DNA of 64,000 nt from an uncultured bacterium (GTDB lineage: Bacteria; Lindowbacteria; 2-12-FULL-62-27), in assembly GCA_964534765.1 (NCBI GenBank), contig CAZHRJ010000001.1:762-64761 (forward strand), written 5' to 3'. The first letter of the stretch is position 1; each line of letters starts with the position of its first letter. This document shows, one piece after another, positions 19,853-29,662 of this stretch. The translations under genes were made by a program, and so were the position numbers. Under the pieces are notes generated by a model. It made no database searches. It had not been told where the DNA came from and saw nothing but the letters and a program-made list of their open reading frames with translations.

Positions 19853-19906
19853 TTTTCCTTATTTGGTTTTATAGCGCAATAGAACGGGAATAGTTATGAT
19901 TCATCA

Positions 19907-20869
19907 ATGAAAATTGTCGTCACCGGCGGCGGCGGATTCCTGGGCAGCGCGCTCGTTAGGAATCTCGCCGGCGCGCCTATGGCGGTCGTGAGCATCGATC
20001 ATGGGCGGGCTTACGACGTTCTCAAACAGAGCATGCCCTCCGGCGTCACCTGGGTAACCGGCGACATCGACGACCGGGAAGTTGTCCGGCGAAGTCTGGT
20101 TGGCGCCGATGTCCTGGTCCATCTGGCCGGGGTGTCCGGGGAACGGCGCTGCACGGCCGATCCGCTGAAATCGATCATGTCCAACGTGTATGGGACCCAT
20201 GTTCTGGTGGAGGCGGCCCGGGCGGCAAAGGTGCGGCAGATCCTATTTGCCTCCTCCTACTGGGTCTATTCCACGTATCTGGAGAGACCCATGCCGCTTT
20301 CCGAGTTGGATGACTTGAAAACCGACAGCGTCTACGGGGCGCAGAAGGCCGCGGCTGAAAGAATCATCCAGTCATCCGGCATTGCATCCGTCAGTTTCAG
20401 AATCACCGCCCTCTACGGGTTTGGGACAGGCTCCGGATCACAGTGGGAAAATCTGATCGGAAAATTCTTGATATCGGCTTTTTCCGGAAATCCTCTGACC
20501 CTTTACGGCGATGGCCGTCAGCAGATTGATTTCGTCTACGTCGAGGATGTCGTACGGGCCATGGCGCATGTCATCCGGAATCCGGAACCGGCCCATCGCG
20601 TGTTCAACGCCGGCGGCGGCAGGCCGGTACGGGTATCGGAGGCGGCCGAGTGTTTTCAGAAAATCTACCAGGAGAGGCAGGGCAAACCGCTGGAAATTCG
20701 CCGGGAGCCGGCGCCGCCGGGAAAAGTCTGGCCGGACAAATGGCTGGCAATCGATACGATCAGAAAATCCGTACCCGGATTTCCTTTCTCAACGCTTGCG
20801 CAGGGACTTACGGAAACCATCATACAGTATGAACAGCAGTTGGCGACGCCTCGGCAGGCAAAAATATGA
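19907..20869 (+). CDS. NAD-dependent epimerase/dehydratase (extended SDR)
   Basis: 320 aa. N-terminal VTGGGGFLGSAL and catalytic YGAQK. Confidence 0.8.
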   Translation: MKIVVTGGGGFLGSALVRNLAGAPMAVVSIDHGRAYDVLKQSMPSGVTWVTGDIDDREVVRRSLVGADVLVHLAGVSGERRCTADPLKSIMSNVYGTHVLVEAARAAKVRQILFASSYWVYSTYLERPMPLSELDDLKTDSVYGAQKAAAERIIQSSGIASVSFRITALYGFGTGSGSQWENLIGKFLISAFSGNPLTLYGDGRQQIDFVYVEDVVRAMAHVIRNPEPAHRVFNAGGGRPVRVSEAAECFQKIYQERQGKPLEIRREPAPPGKVWPDKWLAIDTIRKSVPGFPFSTLAQGLTETIIQYEQQLATPRQAKI

Positions 20870-22017
20870 CGGCCGGGAAAATTCCCTCCACTCAGCCCTA
20901 TTTCAGCTCCCGACAGCGGCGATTGATCCTGAGGTCGACGCTAGACATTCTCCGCACCGGCCGGCTGATTCTTGGACCCTACACGGAAAAGCTGGAGCGC
21001 GGGTTCGGCGGCTATATCGGATCGCCCTACGCCGTCGCCGTCAGTTCCTGCACCGCGGCGATGGAAATCGTTCTCCGCTGGATCGGCGTCGCCGGACGGG
21101 AGGTCATCGTGCCGACCAACACGTTTGTCGCGTCGGTCAACGCCGTGATCTTCGCGGGCGGCCGGCCGGTTCTGGCCGACATCGATGCGGATTCGCTGTG
21201 CCTGAGCCTGCGGGATACGGAACGAAAGATCAGCCGCGAAACGAAAGCGGTCATTTTGGTGCACATCGCGGGAATCGTTCATCCCCGGGTCGAATCGTTT
21301 CGGGACCTGTGCCGGCGGAGAAAGATTTTCCTGATCGAGGATGTCGCCCACGCCACGGGCGCGTCGATCGGCGCGAAGAGCGCAAAGAAGGCGGGCGGTT
21401 TTGGCGATGCCGGATGTTTTTCGTTCTACCCGACGAAAGTCATGACCACGGGCGCGGGCGGAATGATCACCACGCGCCACCGGGATCTGGCGGAATTCGC
21501 GGTCAGCCTGAGACACCACGGCGCCGGTCGAAGAGGAGGGTTGACCGACGTCCAGCGCCTCGGCAACGACTGGCTGATGGACGAATTCCGCGCGGGCGTA
21601 GGGCTGGCTCAGCTGGCGGATATCGAGTCGATGATCGCGGCCAGACGGCGCCTCGCCAAATCCTATTCCCAAGCCATCCGGGGGATGGCGGCCGTCAAAG
21701 CCATGGAGCCGCCGAAACACATCCGGCACGTGTATTACAAATATCCGGTCGTGACGCCCGATCCTCAGATCCGGCGGCGGCTCGTGGATACGTTGAAATC
21801 CCACTATGGAATCGACACCGGCTCCATTTATCTTCCGCCCGTCCATCGTCAGCCCTACCACGCCCGCGCGCTGGGTCTTCGGCCCGAGAACTTTCCGGAG
21901 GCCGAGGACATTCTTCCCCGTATCCTGTGTCTTCCCGTATATCCGCAGATGACGCAAAAAGATCAGAAGCGGGTGTTGGGCGCCCTGCGGGAAGTTTTGA
22001 GCCGGCTGAGACGATGA
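20866..22017 (+). CDS. DegT/DnrJ/EryC1/StrS-family sugar aminotransferase
   Basis: 383 aa. FSFYPTKVMTTGAGG carries the PLP-lysine block typical of the family. 4-bp overlaps at both ends. Confidence 0.85.
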   Translation: MTAGKIPSTQPYFSSRQRRLILRSTLDILRTGRLILGPYTEKLERGFGGYIGSPYAVAVSSCTAAMEIVLRWIGVAGREVIVPTNTFVASVNAVIFAGGRPVLADIDADSLCLSLRDTERKISRETKAVILVHIAGIVHPRVESFRDLCRRRKIFLIEDVAHATGASIGAKSAKKAGGFGDAGCFSFYPTKVMTTGAGGMITTRHRDLAEFAVSLRHHGAGRRGGLTDVQRLGNDWLMDEFRAGVGLAQLADIESMIAARRRLAKSYSQAIRGMAAVKAMEPPKHIRHVYYKYPVVTPDPQIRRRLVDTLKSHYGIDTGSIYLPPVHRQPYHARALGLRPENFPEAEDILPRILCLPVYPQMTQKDQKRVLGALREVLSRLRR

Positions 22018-22694
22018 GAGCCTGCATTCACCAGCCGAATTTTCTGCCGTATCTGGGGATTTTCAATAAAATCAAGCAGTCCGACATTTATGTCGTCTAT
22101 GACGTCGCCCAGTATGTCCGGGACCGGTTTGACAACCGAAACCAGATCAAAGGCCCGGCCGGACCGATCTGGCTGACCGTTCCGCTGCAGGTGAAAGACT
22201 CCTTTCTGAAGCGTTTTTTTGAGGTCAAACTTCCGGATGACCCGCACTGGAAAAAAAAGCACCTGCGAACCATTGAACACACTTATTCCCGGGCCGCGCA
22301 TTTCAAAACCTATTTTCCGCCGTTTGCGGGCATCTACGAGGGTCCGCACGCGACGCTGGCTGATATCAGCGTGGCCATCATAGAGTTTTTGCTGAAGGAA
22401 TTCCGGATCGGGACGCGGGTGGTGAGGACGACGGCGATGGATCTGGACAGTTCCCTGCAGTCCACAGAGATGATTGTTCAGATCCTGAAAAAACTGGGCG
22501 TGACCCGATACCTTGCCGGGGCGAGCGGAAAGAAATATATGGATATGGATCTGCTGGCGAAGGAAGGCATTCAGGTCGACTTTCAGCATTACGACCATCC
22601 GATCTACCGGCAGATGTATGGGGCCTTTGTGCCGAACCTGGCGGCCATTGATTTGTTGTTCAATGAAGGGGAAAATGCGGGGAATCTGATCTAG
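22014..22694 (+). CDS. WbqC-family protein
   Basis: C-terminal 226 codons of ORF 20511..22694. The ATG at 22014 overlaps the DegT stop (ATGA). MRACIHQPNFLPYLGIFNKI is the characteristic WbqC N-terminus. Confidence 0.7.
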   Translation: MRACIHQPNFLPYLGIFNKIKQSDIYVVYDVAQYVRDRFDNRNQIKGPAGPIWLTVPLQVKDSFLKRFFEVKLPDDPHWKKKHLRTIEHTYSRAAHFKTYFPPFAGIYEGPHATLADISVAIIEFLLKEFRIGTRVVRTTAMDLDSSLQSTEMIVQILKKLGVTRYLAGASGKKYMDMDLLAKEGIQVDFQHYDHPIYRQMYGAFVPNLAAIDLLFNEGENAGNLI

Positions 22695-22750
22695 ACCATG
22701 GAGGGTCAGTGCCGGCGATTGCCAGGGATGGCAAGGATTCGCCGGCCTAG
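22691..22750 (+). repeat. ~60-bp intergenic bulged-hairpin repeat, copy 1
   Basis: CTAGACCATGGAGGGTCAGTGCCGGCGATTGCCAGGGATGGCAAGGATTCGCCGGCCTAG is ~90% identical to 39734..39793. Stems GCCGGCGA/TCGCCGGC and TTGCCA/TGGCAA are conserved. Confidence 0.8.
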
Positions 22751-22762
22751 GAGGAGACACGC

Positions 22763-23371
22763 GTGAAAGTGCTTTGCATCGGCGCCCATCCGGATGATCT
22801 GGAGATCGGCATGGGCGGGACCATCGCCCGGTACGCGGCGGAAGGCCATCAGGTAGTGATGGCGATCTGCATGGTTCCGAACGAACGGGATGTCCGGAGC
22901 CGCGAGCTGGAGAGGGCGGCGAAGATTTTAGGGGCGAAACCCCGGGTCTTGCATTTGAATTTGGACCACAAAATTCTGACCAGGGAAATCATCGGAATCT
23001 TTGATAAGCTGATCGAGGACTTCAAGCCCGGCGTCATCTATACTCACTGGAACCACGATTCCCATCAGGACCACCGGATTATTTCCGAAGCCGTGTTTTC
23101 CGCCGCCCGAAGAAACCAGTGTGACGTGTTCATGTTCGAGCAGATTCTCCCGGGCGGAATCACGCCCTACGCCTTTCACGGCCAGAAAATCGTGGACGTA
23201 TCCAAATACATGAAATCCAAAATCGCCGCGCTCAAAGCCCACCGGACACAAATGCGGCGCTACAAGTTCGACTGGGTCGGCGGCGTGAAGGGCCGGTCGA
23301 GCCAGTGGGGCTATATGATCCGGGTCAAATACGCGGAAGCGTTTGAGGTCGTCAAGATCATCATCAAGTAG
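22763..23371 (+). CDS. PIG-L/LmbE-family deacetylase
   Basis: 202 aa. AHPDDLEIGMGGT and HQDH motifs. GGAGGAG Shine-Dalgarno upstream. Confidence 0.8.
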   Translation: MKVLCIGAHPDDLEIGMGGTIARYAAEGHQVVMAICMVPNERDVRSRELERAAKILGAKPRVLHLNLDHKILTREIIGIFDKLIEDFKPGVIYTHWNHDSHQDHRIISEAVFSAARRNQCDVFMFEQILPGGITPYAFHGQKIVDVSKYMKSKIAALKAHRTQMRRYKFDWVGGVKGRSSQWGYMIRVKYAEAFEVVKIIIK

Positions 23372-25022
23372 CGGATTTCCTTTTGATTCTCTTCCGAAAA
23401 TGTGTCAGAAAGAGATCGGTCACCTCATCCATTTCAGCCACTCGGACGGGTTTGCACGCGGCAACAAACACGCACACAAAAACCGCCGACAACACCGCCA
23501 GACGCATCAGGATCGACACCGTCAACCCCAACCCGGCGCCGGCCGACAGCGCGGCGGCGTCCAGACTCGCCCAGACCAGAGGCATTGCGAATCCGTATCG
23601 CAAGAGATGGGCGGCGGCGCCGGCAAGCAGGGAGACGCAGGCGATCTTGCCGCAGGTCCGCAGGATGTCCAGACCGCCCATGGGACCCAGCCGGCGGCGC
23701 ATCTGCCAGAAGAGACACGCAAACCAGACTCCCTCTCCCAGAGCGCGGCCAAGCGCGATCCCGCGGTGGGCCATCGAGTCGACCAGGATGACGTTCAAGG
23801 CCGTGTTCGCGATCATGGCCGCCACCGTGCTCCAGAGCGGAGTCAGAAAATCCTTCATCGCTATCAGGGACTGCAAGGTATGCGTCCGCCACACCAGGAG
23901 CAGCAGACCCAGAGTGTAGTAAATCAGCGCATCGGTCGTCAGCTGCGTCGCCGAGGCGTCAAACGCGCCTCTCTGAAACAACACCCGCACAATATCCGCC
24001 CGAAAAACAAACAGCAACACGGACATCGGCAGAAACAGCAGGGACAGCATCCGAAGGCCGCGGACGTAGGCGCTGCGATACCGCTGCGCATCCCCGGCAG
24101 ATGAAAAGGCGGTCATGGCGGAATTCAGGACGGTCATAAACGGCGTACCCAGACTGCTGAAGACGATCTGGATGGGCATATACGCGAAATTCAGGGCCGA
24201 GATGCTGCCCACCACCAGCCGGGACGCCAGAACCCGTTCCGCGAGGTTGGTCATCGCGTGTGCCGCGACGCGGATCACAACCGGCACCGTCTGAACCGAC
24301 AGTTCCCGGATGGCCGGATGGCGCAAATTGCAAACCAGCCGGTAGGGCGGGACGGCTTTCAGGACTGAGGGGATCTGGACCAGAAACTGCGTCGCGGCGG
24401 CGCCGATCATCCCCCAGGCCACGCCGATGATGCCGCCAAACCAGCCGCTCGACAGAATGGCGGAGATCATGGCGATATTAAAAAATATATTGCTGAGCGC
24501 CGGCGGCGTGAATTTCTGGGAAATCTGCAGAACGCTCTGGGACCAGATGATCAGGGCGTTCAAGATCACCACCAGTCCCATGATCCTCACCAGCCGGCGG
24601 GCCAGATCCCATTGTTCCGGCTGAAATCCCGGAGCGATCAGATGGATAACCGCCGGCATGATCAGAATGACGGCCAGCGCCAGAAGAACCGAGAATCCCA
24701 GCACCAGATGAAACATGCTCCAGACGACCTCCTGTAGCTGAGACCGCCGGGCGGCGACAAAAACGTATTCTCCCAGGATCGAGACCATCACCGTGCCAAG
24801 GCCGATGACAAAAATCGCTGATAAAAGCGATGGAACGATCAACGCCACCAGGTAAGCGTCCGTCAGGTGCCCCGCTCCAAACACGCCCGCCATCGCCGCC
24901 TCCCGGCCGAGGCCCAGGAGATGTCCGGCGAAGGTGATGGCGGTGACCGATACCGTTGCCTGGAAAACAGTTTTTGTCGTGACATCTCCGGAATCCATTT
25001 CCGGCGGCGGAATCTGCGGCAT
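23364..25022 (-). CDS. murJ: MurJ/MviN-family (MOP superfamily) lipid-linked oligosaccharide flippase
   Basis: 552-aa polytopic protein. The N-terminus ...LLGLGREAAMAGVFGAGHLTDAYLVA... matches the MurJ signature. Confidence 0.8.
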   Translation of the reverse strand: MPQIPPPEMDSGDVTTKTVFQATVSVTAITFAGHLLGLGREAAMAGVFGAGHLTDAYLVALIVPSLLSAIFVIGLGTVMVSILGEYVFVAARRSQLQEVVWSMFHLVLGFSVLLALAVILIMPAVIHLIAPGFQPEQWDLARRLVRIMGLVVILNALIIWSQSVLQISQKFTPPALSNIFFNIAMISAILSSGWFGGIIGVAWGMIGAAATQFLVQIPSVLKAVPPYRLVCNLRHPAIRELSVQTVPVVIRVAAHAMTNLAERVLASRLVVGSISALNFAYMPIQIVFSSLGTPFMTVLNSAMTAFSSAGDAQRYRSAYVRGLRMLSLLFLPMSVLLFVFRADIVRVLFQRGAFDASATQLTTDALIYYTLGLLLLVWRTHTLQSLIAMKDFLTPLWSTVAAMIANTALNVILVDSMAHRGIALGRALGEGVWFACLFWQMRRRLGPMGGLDILRTCGKIACVSLLAGAAAHLLRYGFAMPLVWASLDAAALSAGAGLGLTVSILMRLAVLSAVFVCVFVAACKPVRVAEMDEVTDLFLTHFRKRIKRKSAT

Positions 25023-25054
25023 CTTCGGAAATCAGGCTCTACGGCGCGGCGACG

Positions 25055-27154
25055 TCAGTCGCTGACGGCGATTCTGTCGAACTCGGCGTAGGATCGAAAC
25101 GCGGAGCTGATTGTCAGGATAAGCGCCAGCCGGTTTTTCCGGACTGCCGGGTCGTCCACCATGACGAATACTTTCTCGAAAAACCGGTGCAACGGGTCGG
25201 CCATCTGGAGGATGGACCGCAGCCGGTCCGTGTATTTCCGGTCGGGCAGGGCGCGCAGGCGGCCCTGCCAGGCCAGAAACGCCTCGTGAAGCAGCCGTTC
25301 CTCGTCCTGCTGAAACCGGGCAGGGTCCAGCGGCGGAATCTGTTTTTCGGATTTGACGATGTTGTGCGCGCGCTTGGCGGTGCGCAGCAGCGTCAGCCAC
25401 GCCTCGCCTCCTTCCGCGGAGACTTTCCGCATGGCCTCGACCTTGCCCGCTATTTCGCAGGCATCATCCGAGACCGGCAAACAGGCTGAGACGAATTCCG
25501 CCGGATGCTGTTCCCGCAGGAGGGATTCCAGCCGGCCACGAAAAAATTCCATGATGTCCGGCACGGCCCCGCGAAGCGCGGCCGGATCGGGAAAAATCTG
25601 CGCGGCGTCCTCGGCCAGTTTCCGCAGCGGCAGGTGCCAGGCGCGGGCCAGCAGGATTCGGGCGATGCCGATCGACGCGCGCCGCAGTCCATACGGATCG
25701 GCCGATGCGGTTGGCCGGAGACGGATCGAAAATGCGCCCAGCAACAGTTCCAGCTTGTCCGCCAGCGCCAGAAGGGCGGCAAGCGGCTGTTCGGGCAGAG
25801 CGTCCTGAGGACCTTTGGGCAGATAGTGATCCGCGATCGCCGCGGAGACTTCCGGCGGGAGTCCTTCGAGTTGGGCGTAGATCCGGCCCATGTGTCCCTG
25901 AAGATCCGGAAATTCACGGACGATGTCGGTCAACAGATCCGCTTTACACAGATAGGCCAATTCGCCGTAATTTTCCAGATCGATATCGATGCCCAGCCTC
26001 GGCGGCAGAATCACCATCAGGTCGCGGATGCGGCGCGCGCGGTCATGGAGAGTTCCGAGTCCTTCGAGGTAAACGACCTTTTTCAGGCCCTCAATCCGGT
26101 CCGACAACTTTTTTTTCTGATCCGACTCGAAAAAATATTTCGCGTCCGAAAACCGCGCGGTCAGAACTCGCTCGTTTCCGGCCGTCACCCCGCCGCCTCC
26201 GCGGATCGAATCCGGCGGGCCGTTTCGGACGACGAGAAAGTGCGGGGCCAGGGATCCGGCGTGGCTGAACACGGGGAAATACCGCTGGTGGCGGCTCATC
26301 GCGCTTTTGAGAATCGCGTCCGGGATGGACAGAAACGAGGGATCAAACGATCCCAGGAGGACCGTCGGGTATTCGGTCAGATTCACCACCTCGGATAGAA
26401 GTCCTTCCGGCATATCGGTCTTGAGGCGCCGCGGCCGCTTTGTGAGAAGGCGCCGGGATTCCAGCACAATTTTCTCCCGGCGGGACTCGGCTGAAACAAG
26501 AACGAGATATTTTTCGAGCCGTTTAAAATAGTCCGCCGCGGACGCCGGCCGAAACCATGCCGGATGGAAAAATTTGTTTCCACAGGTTTTGGGTCCCGAG
26601 ACAAGACCGAACGCCCGGAAGCGGACCGGGCGGCCATGGAAAAGACACATCAGCCATCTGACCGGGCGGGCAAAGGCCGGTGCGTCGCCGGTCATGGGCC
26701 AGCGCATGGTTTTTGGGAAAGTCATCGCGGTCAGAATGCCCGGAATCTGTTCCGCCAGGACTTGCGCCGCCGGCCGGCCTTTTTCCTTCAGCCGGACACC
26801 GACGAAGATCCGATCTTTTTTCCGTACCTGGATAACCTCTTTTTCGGTTGCCCCCGCCGATTTCAAAAATCCCAGCAGCGCCGGCGTCGGCCGGCCCTCT
26901 GAATCCCTCGCGGACTCCCAGGGCGGACCGGCGCGCTCGATCACTCTCGTTTCCGTGACGCGCTCGATCTTGCTCACATGGACCACCAGCCGGCACGGCG
27001 TGGCGAACACCCGGATGCCGCCGCCGGCGTGGCCGATCCGATGGTCTTTCAGCAGGCGGTCAACTTTTTCGGTGAGCTGCCCGGTCGCCAGGGGCAAAAA
27101 CCGCGCCGGAATTTCCTCGGTGCCGACCTCGAGAAGAAAATCCTGATCAGGCAT
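25055..27154 (-). CDS. glyS: glycine--tRNA ligase beta subunit
   Basis: ORF 25055..27178. The ATG at 27154 gives [19 protein letters not shown], the canonical GlyS start, 5 nt (27150-27154) downstream of the glyQ stop. Confidence 0.9.
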   Translation of the reverse strand: MPDQDFLLEVGTEEIPARFLPLATGQLTEKVDRLLKDHRIGHAGGGIRVFATPCRLVVHVSKIERVTETRVIERAGPPWESARDSEGRPTPALLGFLKSAGATEKEVIQVRKKDRIFVGVRLKEKGRPAAQVLAEQIPGILTAMTFPKTMRWPMTGDAPAFARPVRWLMCLFHGRPVRFRAFGLVSGPKTCGNKFFHPAWFRPASAADYFKRLEKYLVLVSAESRREKIVLESRRLLTKRPRRLKTDMPEGLLSEVVNLTEYPTVLLGSFDPSFLSIPDAILKSAMSRHQRYFPVFSHAGSLAPHFLVVRNGPPDSIRGGGGVTAGNERVLTARFSDAKYFFESDQKKKLSDRIEGLKKVVYLEGLGTLHDRARRIRDLMVILPPRLGIDIDLENYGELAYLCKADLLTDIVREFPDLQGHMGRIYAQLEGLPPEVSAAIADHYLPKGPQDALPEQPLAALLALADKLELLLGAFSIRLRPTASADPYGLRRASIGIARILLARAWHLPLRKLAEDAAQIFPDPAALRGAVPDIMEFFRGRLESLLREQHPAEFVSACLPVSDDACEIAGKVEAMRKVSAEGGEAWLTLLRTAKRAHNIVKSEKQIPPLDPARFQQDEERLLHEAFLAWQGRLRALPDRKYTDRLRSILQMADPLHRFFEKVFVMVDDPAVRKNRLALILTISSAFRSYAEFDRIAVSD

Positions 27155-28046
27155 GAGGCGCCGCGAGCGGGAAGCCAAGGGATTCCCGAAGAGCGAGGTA
27201 ACCTCGAGCCGCCAGAGAAGCCAGCTGCCGGACGCGGAGGATGTAGGTCATTCGTTCGGACACGCTGACGCAGCCGCGGGCATCGAGAAGATTGAAGGTA
27301 TGGGAACATTTCTGGACAAATTCGTACCCGGGCAACACCAGTCCGGCGGCCATCAACCGGCGGGCCTCCGTCTCGAACACGTCAAATAACTTGAATAAAA
27401 CCTCCGGATCGGACTTCTCGAAATTATAGGTCGACTGTTCCCACTCATTCCGCTTGTGCATCTCCGCGTACGTGACCTCACGGTTCCATTTCAAATCATA
27501 CACGTTGTCGACGCCCTGGAGCGCCATGCAGATCCGTTCGAGGCCATAGGTGAGTTCCACGGGTATGGGATCCAGTTTGATGCCGCCGACTTCCTGGAAA
27601 TAGGTAAACTGCGTGATCTCCATCCCGTCCAGCCAGACCTCCCAGCCCAGCCCCCAAGCCCCGAGCGTCGGAGATTCCCAGTCATCCTCCACGAACCGGA
27701 TATCGTGTTCCCGCTCGGATATTCCCATCGCCCGCAGGGATCCAAGATACACCTCCTGGACGTCCGACGGAGCGGGTTTCAACAGGACCTGGTACTGGTA
27801 GTAATGCTGGAGCCGGTTGGGATTTTCACCGTATCGGCCGTCAGTGGGTCGCCGCGAGGGTTCCACGTATGCGCAACGCCATGGCTCAGGACCAAGGGAT
27901 CGAAGAAATGTGTTTTGATTGAATGTCCCCGCGCCGACTTCCAGGCCCGCGGGCTGGACGATGGCGCATCCCCGGTTTGACCAGTAGGCGCTGATCGCTG
28001 CGATCAGATCCTGGAAGTACATGACCTTCGGCATGTCCTTCAGCAC
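27147..28046 (-). CDS. glyQ: glycine--tRNA ligase alpha subunit
   Basis: 299 aa. [40 protein letters not shown]-type blocks and [16 protein letters not shown]. Confidence 0.95.
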   Translation of the reverse strand: MLKDMPKVMYFQDLIAAISAYWSNRGCAIVQPAGLEVGAGTFNQNTFLRSLGPEPWRCAYVEPSRRPTDGRYGENPNRLQHYYQYQVLLKPAPSDVQEVYLGSLRAMGISEREHDIRFVEDDWESPTLGAWGLGWEVWLDGMEITQFTYFQEVGGIKLDPIPVELTYGLERICMALQGVDNVYDLKWNREVTYAEMHKRNEWEQSTYNFEKSDPEVLFKLFDVFETEARRLMAAGLVLPGYEFVQKCSHTFNLLDARGCVSVSERMTYILRVRQLASLAARGYLALRESLGFPLAAPHA

Positions 28047-28049
28047 GTC

Positions 28050-28403
28050 CTACTGCGCGGAGGAGGGGGCGCCGGCGGCGAGCCAGAGCAGATAATCGGG
28101 ATTTCCGCCTTCGACGCGGATCGCGATGATTTCGGGAACCGTATACGAATGGAGCCGCTTGATCTCCGCCGTCAGCGCTCCCAGATGGGCCTGCTGAGTT
28201 TTGATGATCAACACGCACTCCGTCGCCTCATCGATCTTGCCTTCCCACCAGTACAGCGACTTGGCGCCGGGCAGAATGTTGACACAGGCCGCCAGACGTT
28301 TTTCGAGAAGTCCCCGGGCAATTGTTTCACCCTGATCGGCGGTTTCGCAGGTCGCCAGCACCACCAGAAATTCCGGAAGCGATTCGATCATCCCTTCGGC
28401 CAT
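28050..28403 (-). CDS. cutA: divalent-cation tolerance protein CutA
   Basis: 117 aa. ...LLEKRLAACVNILPGAKSLYWWEGKI...HSYTVPEI... are typical CutA1 blocks. Confidence 0.85.
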   Translation of the reverse strand: MAEGMIESLPEFLVVLATCETADQGETIARGLLEKRLAACVNILPGAKSLYWWEGKIDEATECVLIIKTQQAHLGALTAEIKRLHSYTVPEIIAIRVEGGNPDYLLWLAAGAPSSAQ

Positions 28404-28458
28404 AGCGTGCTTCTATTACGAACCGTCCCTCCCTGTCAACCGAACGGGCGGGAGTGCC

Positions 28459-28710
28459 TTACGCTTTTTGGATGATCGCTTCGGCTTTTTCGATCAACAG
28501 ATCGACACGGCTCTTGCGGCGGGAGTGATACACGACGTGGCCGGCGATATAGAAGATGAGCGCGGGCGGCAAGACCATCAGCAGCACGATGCCCCAGAAA
28601 AATCCACGAGCCTGGTCCGGCTCCAGATCGCCGTAGCAGACCGGGCAGGCCATGGCGGATACCGATCCTACGGACAGGACGAGAGCCACCAGAGCGGCGA
28701 GTCGGCTCAT
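28459..28710 (-). CDS. small membrane protein with CPVC motif (hypothetical)
   Basis: Internal ATG of ORF 28459..28809 overlaps the coxD stop by 4 bp. Signal-like MSRLAALVALVLSVGSVSA, then MACPVCYG, one TM helix (FFWGIVLLMVLPPALIFYIAG) and a basic tail. Confidence 0.45.
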   Translation of the reverse strand: MSRLAALVALVLSVGSVSAMACPVCYGDLEPDQARGFFWGIVLLMVLPPALIFYIAGHVVYHSRRKSRVDLLIEKAEAIIQKA

Positions 28711-29054
28711 GACCGCGCTCCACCCAGGATGCCGGCGATATCGGGCGAGATGAGGAAGATCAGAATCAGAATCGCGATGAGAGACAGAACCACCACACCG
28801 TATATCCACTTGCCCTCAACTTTGAGGTGCATAAAAAACATAGCAATGAGAGTGACTTTGACCAGGGCTATGAACGCCGCGATCGAAATGGCGGTAACGC
28901 GCGTGACATGGAGGGAATTGACCCATACGGTCAGAACCGTCAGAATCGCCAGCGCCACAAAAATGGCCAGGTAGACCCTCACCATCTTCTGCGGGTCACC
29001 GTGCGATTGGGCACTTGTCTGAACCTCGGACAGAGCGTGTTTGGGCTGTTCCAT
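28707..29054 (-). CDS. cytochrome c oxidase subunit IV (prokaryotic small subunit)
   Basis: Internal ATG at 29054 (ATGA overlap with the coxC stop). 115 aa with three hydrophobic helices and the FFMHLK motif typical of bacterial subunit IV / CyoD-like proteins. Confidence 0.6.
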   Translation of the reverse strand: MEQPKHALSEVQTSAQSHGDPQKMVRVYLAIFVALAILTVLTVWVNSLHVTRVTAISIAAFIALVKVTLIAMFFMHLKVEGKWIYGVVVLSLIAILILIFLISPDIAGILGGARS

Positions 29055-29662
29055 CAGAGCAGATACAACAACGGAAACAGGACGACCCACACGAGGTCGA
29101 CGAAATGCCAGTAAATGCCCGCGTATTCGACTCGCTCGCATCGGTGAGGTGACCATTTGCCTCGTACCCCCTGAATGAGGATATAGGTGTTGAACGCCAG
29201 GCCGCCCAGAACATGCAATCCATGAAGACCGGTCATCGTGAAATAAAAGGACCCAAAAAGACCGCTTGACATCGTGATCCCCAGGTCCACCCACTTGTGC
29301 GGGTATTCGTAGGCCTTGACCGCCAAAAACAACAGCCCGCACAGAATCGTGGCCGCCATGTATCCGATCATCTGACCGGGCTTATTCTGTTGAATCGCCG
29401 CCAACGCCAATACCATTGTCACGCTGCTGATGATCAGAATCAAGGTATTCACAAACGCGATGGGCACGCCCAGCATCTCATGAGGAGGCATGATAAACAG
29501 CGGACTGCCCAGACGCAGCACAATGTAGGAACTGATCAGACTCCCGAACAACATCACTTCCGACGCCAGAAATACCCACATCCCCAGCTTCCCATGCGGC
29601 ACTCCGGTCGACGTCGGCTCGTCCGACGGATCGAGTATCCAGGGAATACGCGCGGCCGACAT
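29054..29662 (-). CDS. coxC: cytochrome c oxidase subunit III
   Basis: 202 aa. Heme-copper oxidase subunit III pattern ...FYFTMTGLHGLHVLGG...YWHFVDLVWV.... Confidence 0.85.
   Translation of the reverse strand: MSAARIPWILDPSDEPTSTGVPHGKLGMWVFLASEVMLFGSLISSYIVLRLGSPLFIMPPHEMLGVPIAFVNTLILIISSVTMVLALAAIQQNKPGQMIGYMAATILCGLLFLAVKAYEYPHKWVDLGITMSSGLFGSFYFTMTGLHGLHVLGGLAFNTYILIQGVRGKWSPHRCERVEYAGIYWHFVDLVWVVLFPLLYLL

Noticed and set aside
20511-22013. First ~500 codons of the 727-aa ORF 20511..22694
   Set aside because: The translation is Arg/Gly/Pro/Ser-rich low complexity and overlaps, out of frame, two well-supported genes (the epimerase at 19907..20869 and DegT at 20866..22017). It is a typical high-GC open-frame artefact. 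Only the WbqC-like part from the ATG at 22014 was kept.
26878-26896. GCGCCGGCGTCGGCCGGCC in glyS, which resembles the left half of the intragenic palindrome
   Set aside because: It shares only ~11 bp (GCCGGCGTCGG) and lacks the GAGACGCCGGCACTTGG half. This is expected by chance in GC-rich coding sequence.
28404-28458. Possible terminator hairpin between the small CxxC gene and cutA
   Set aside because: Only short, imperfect complementarity (CCGTTCGG and similar) and no U-tract. Not convincing.
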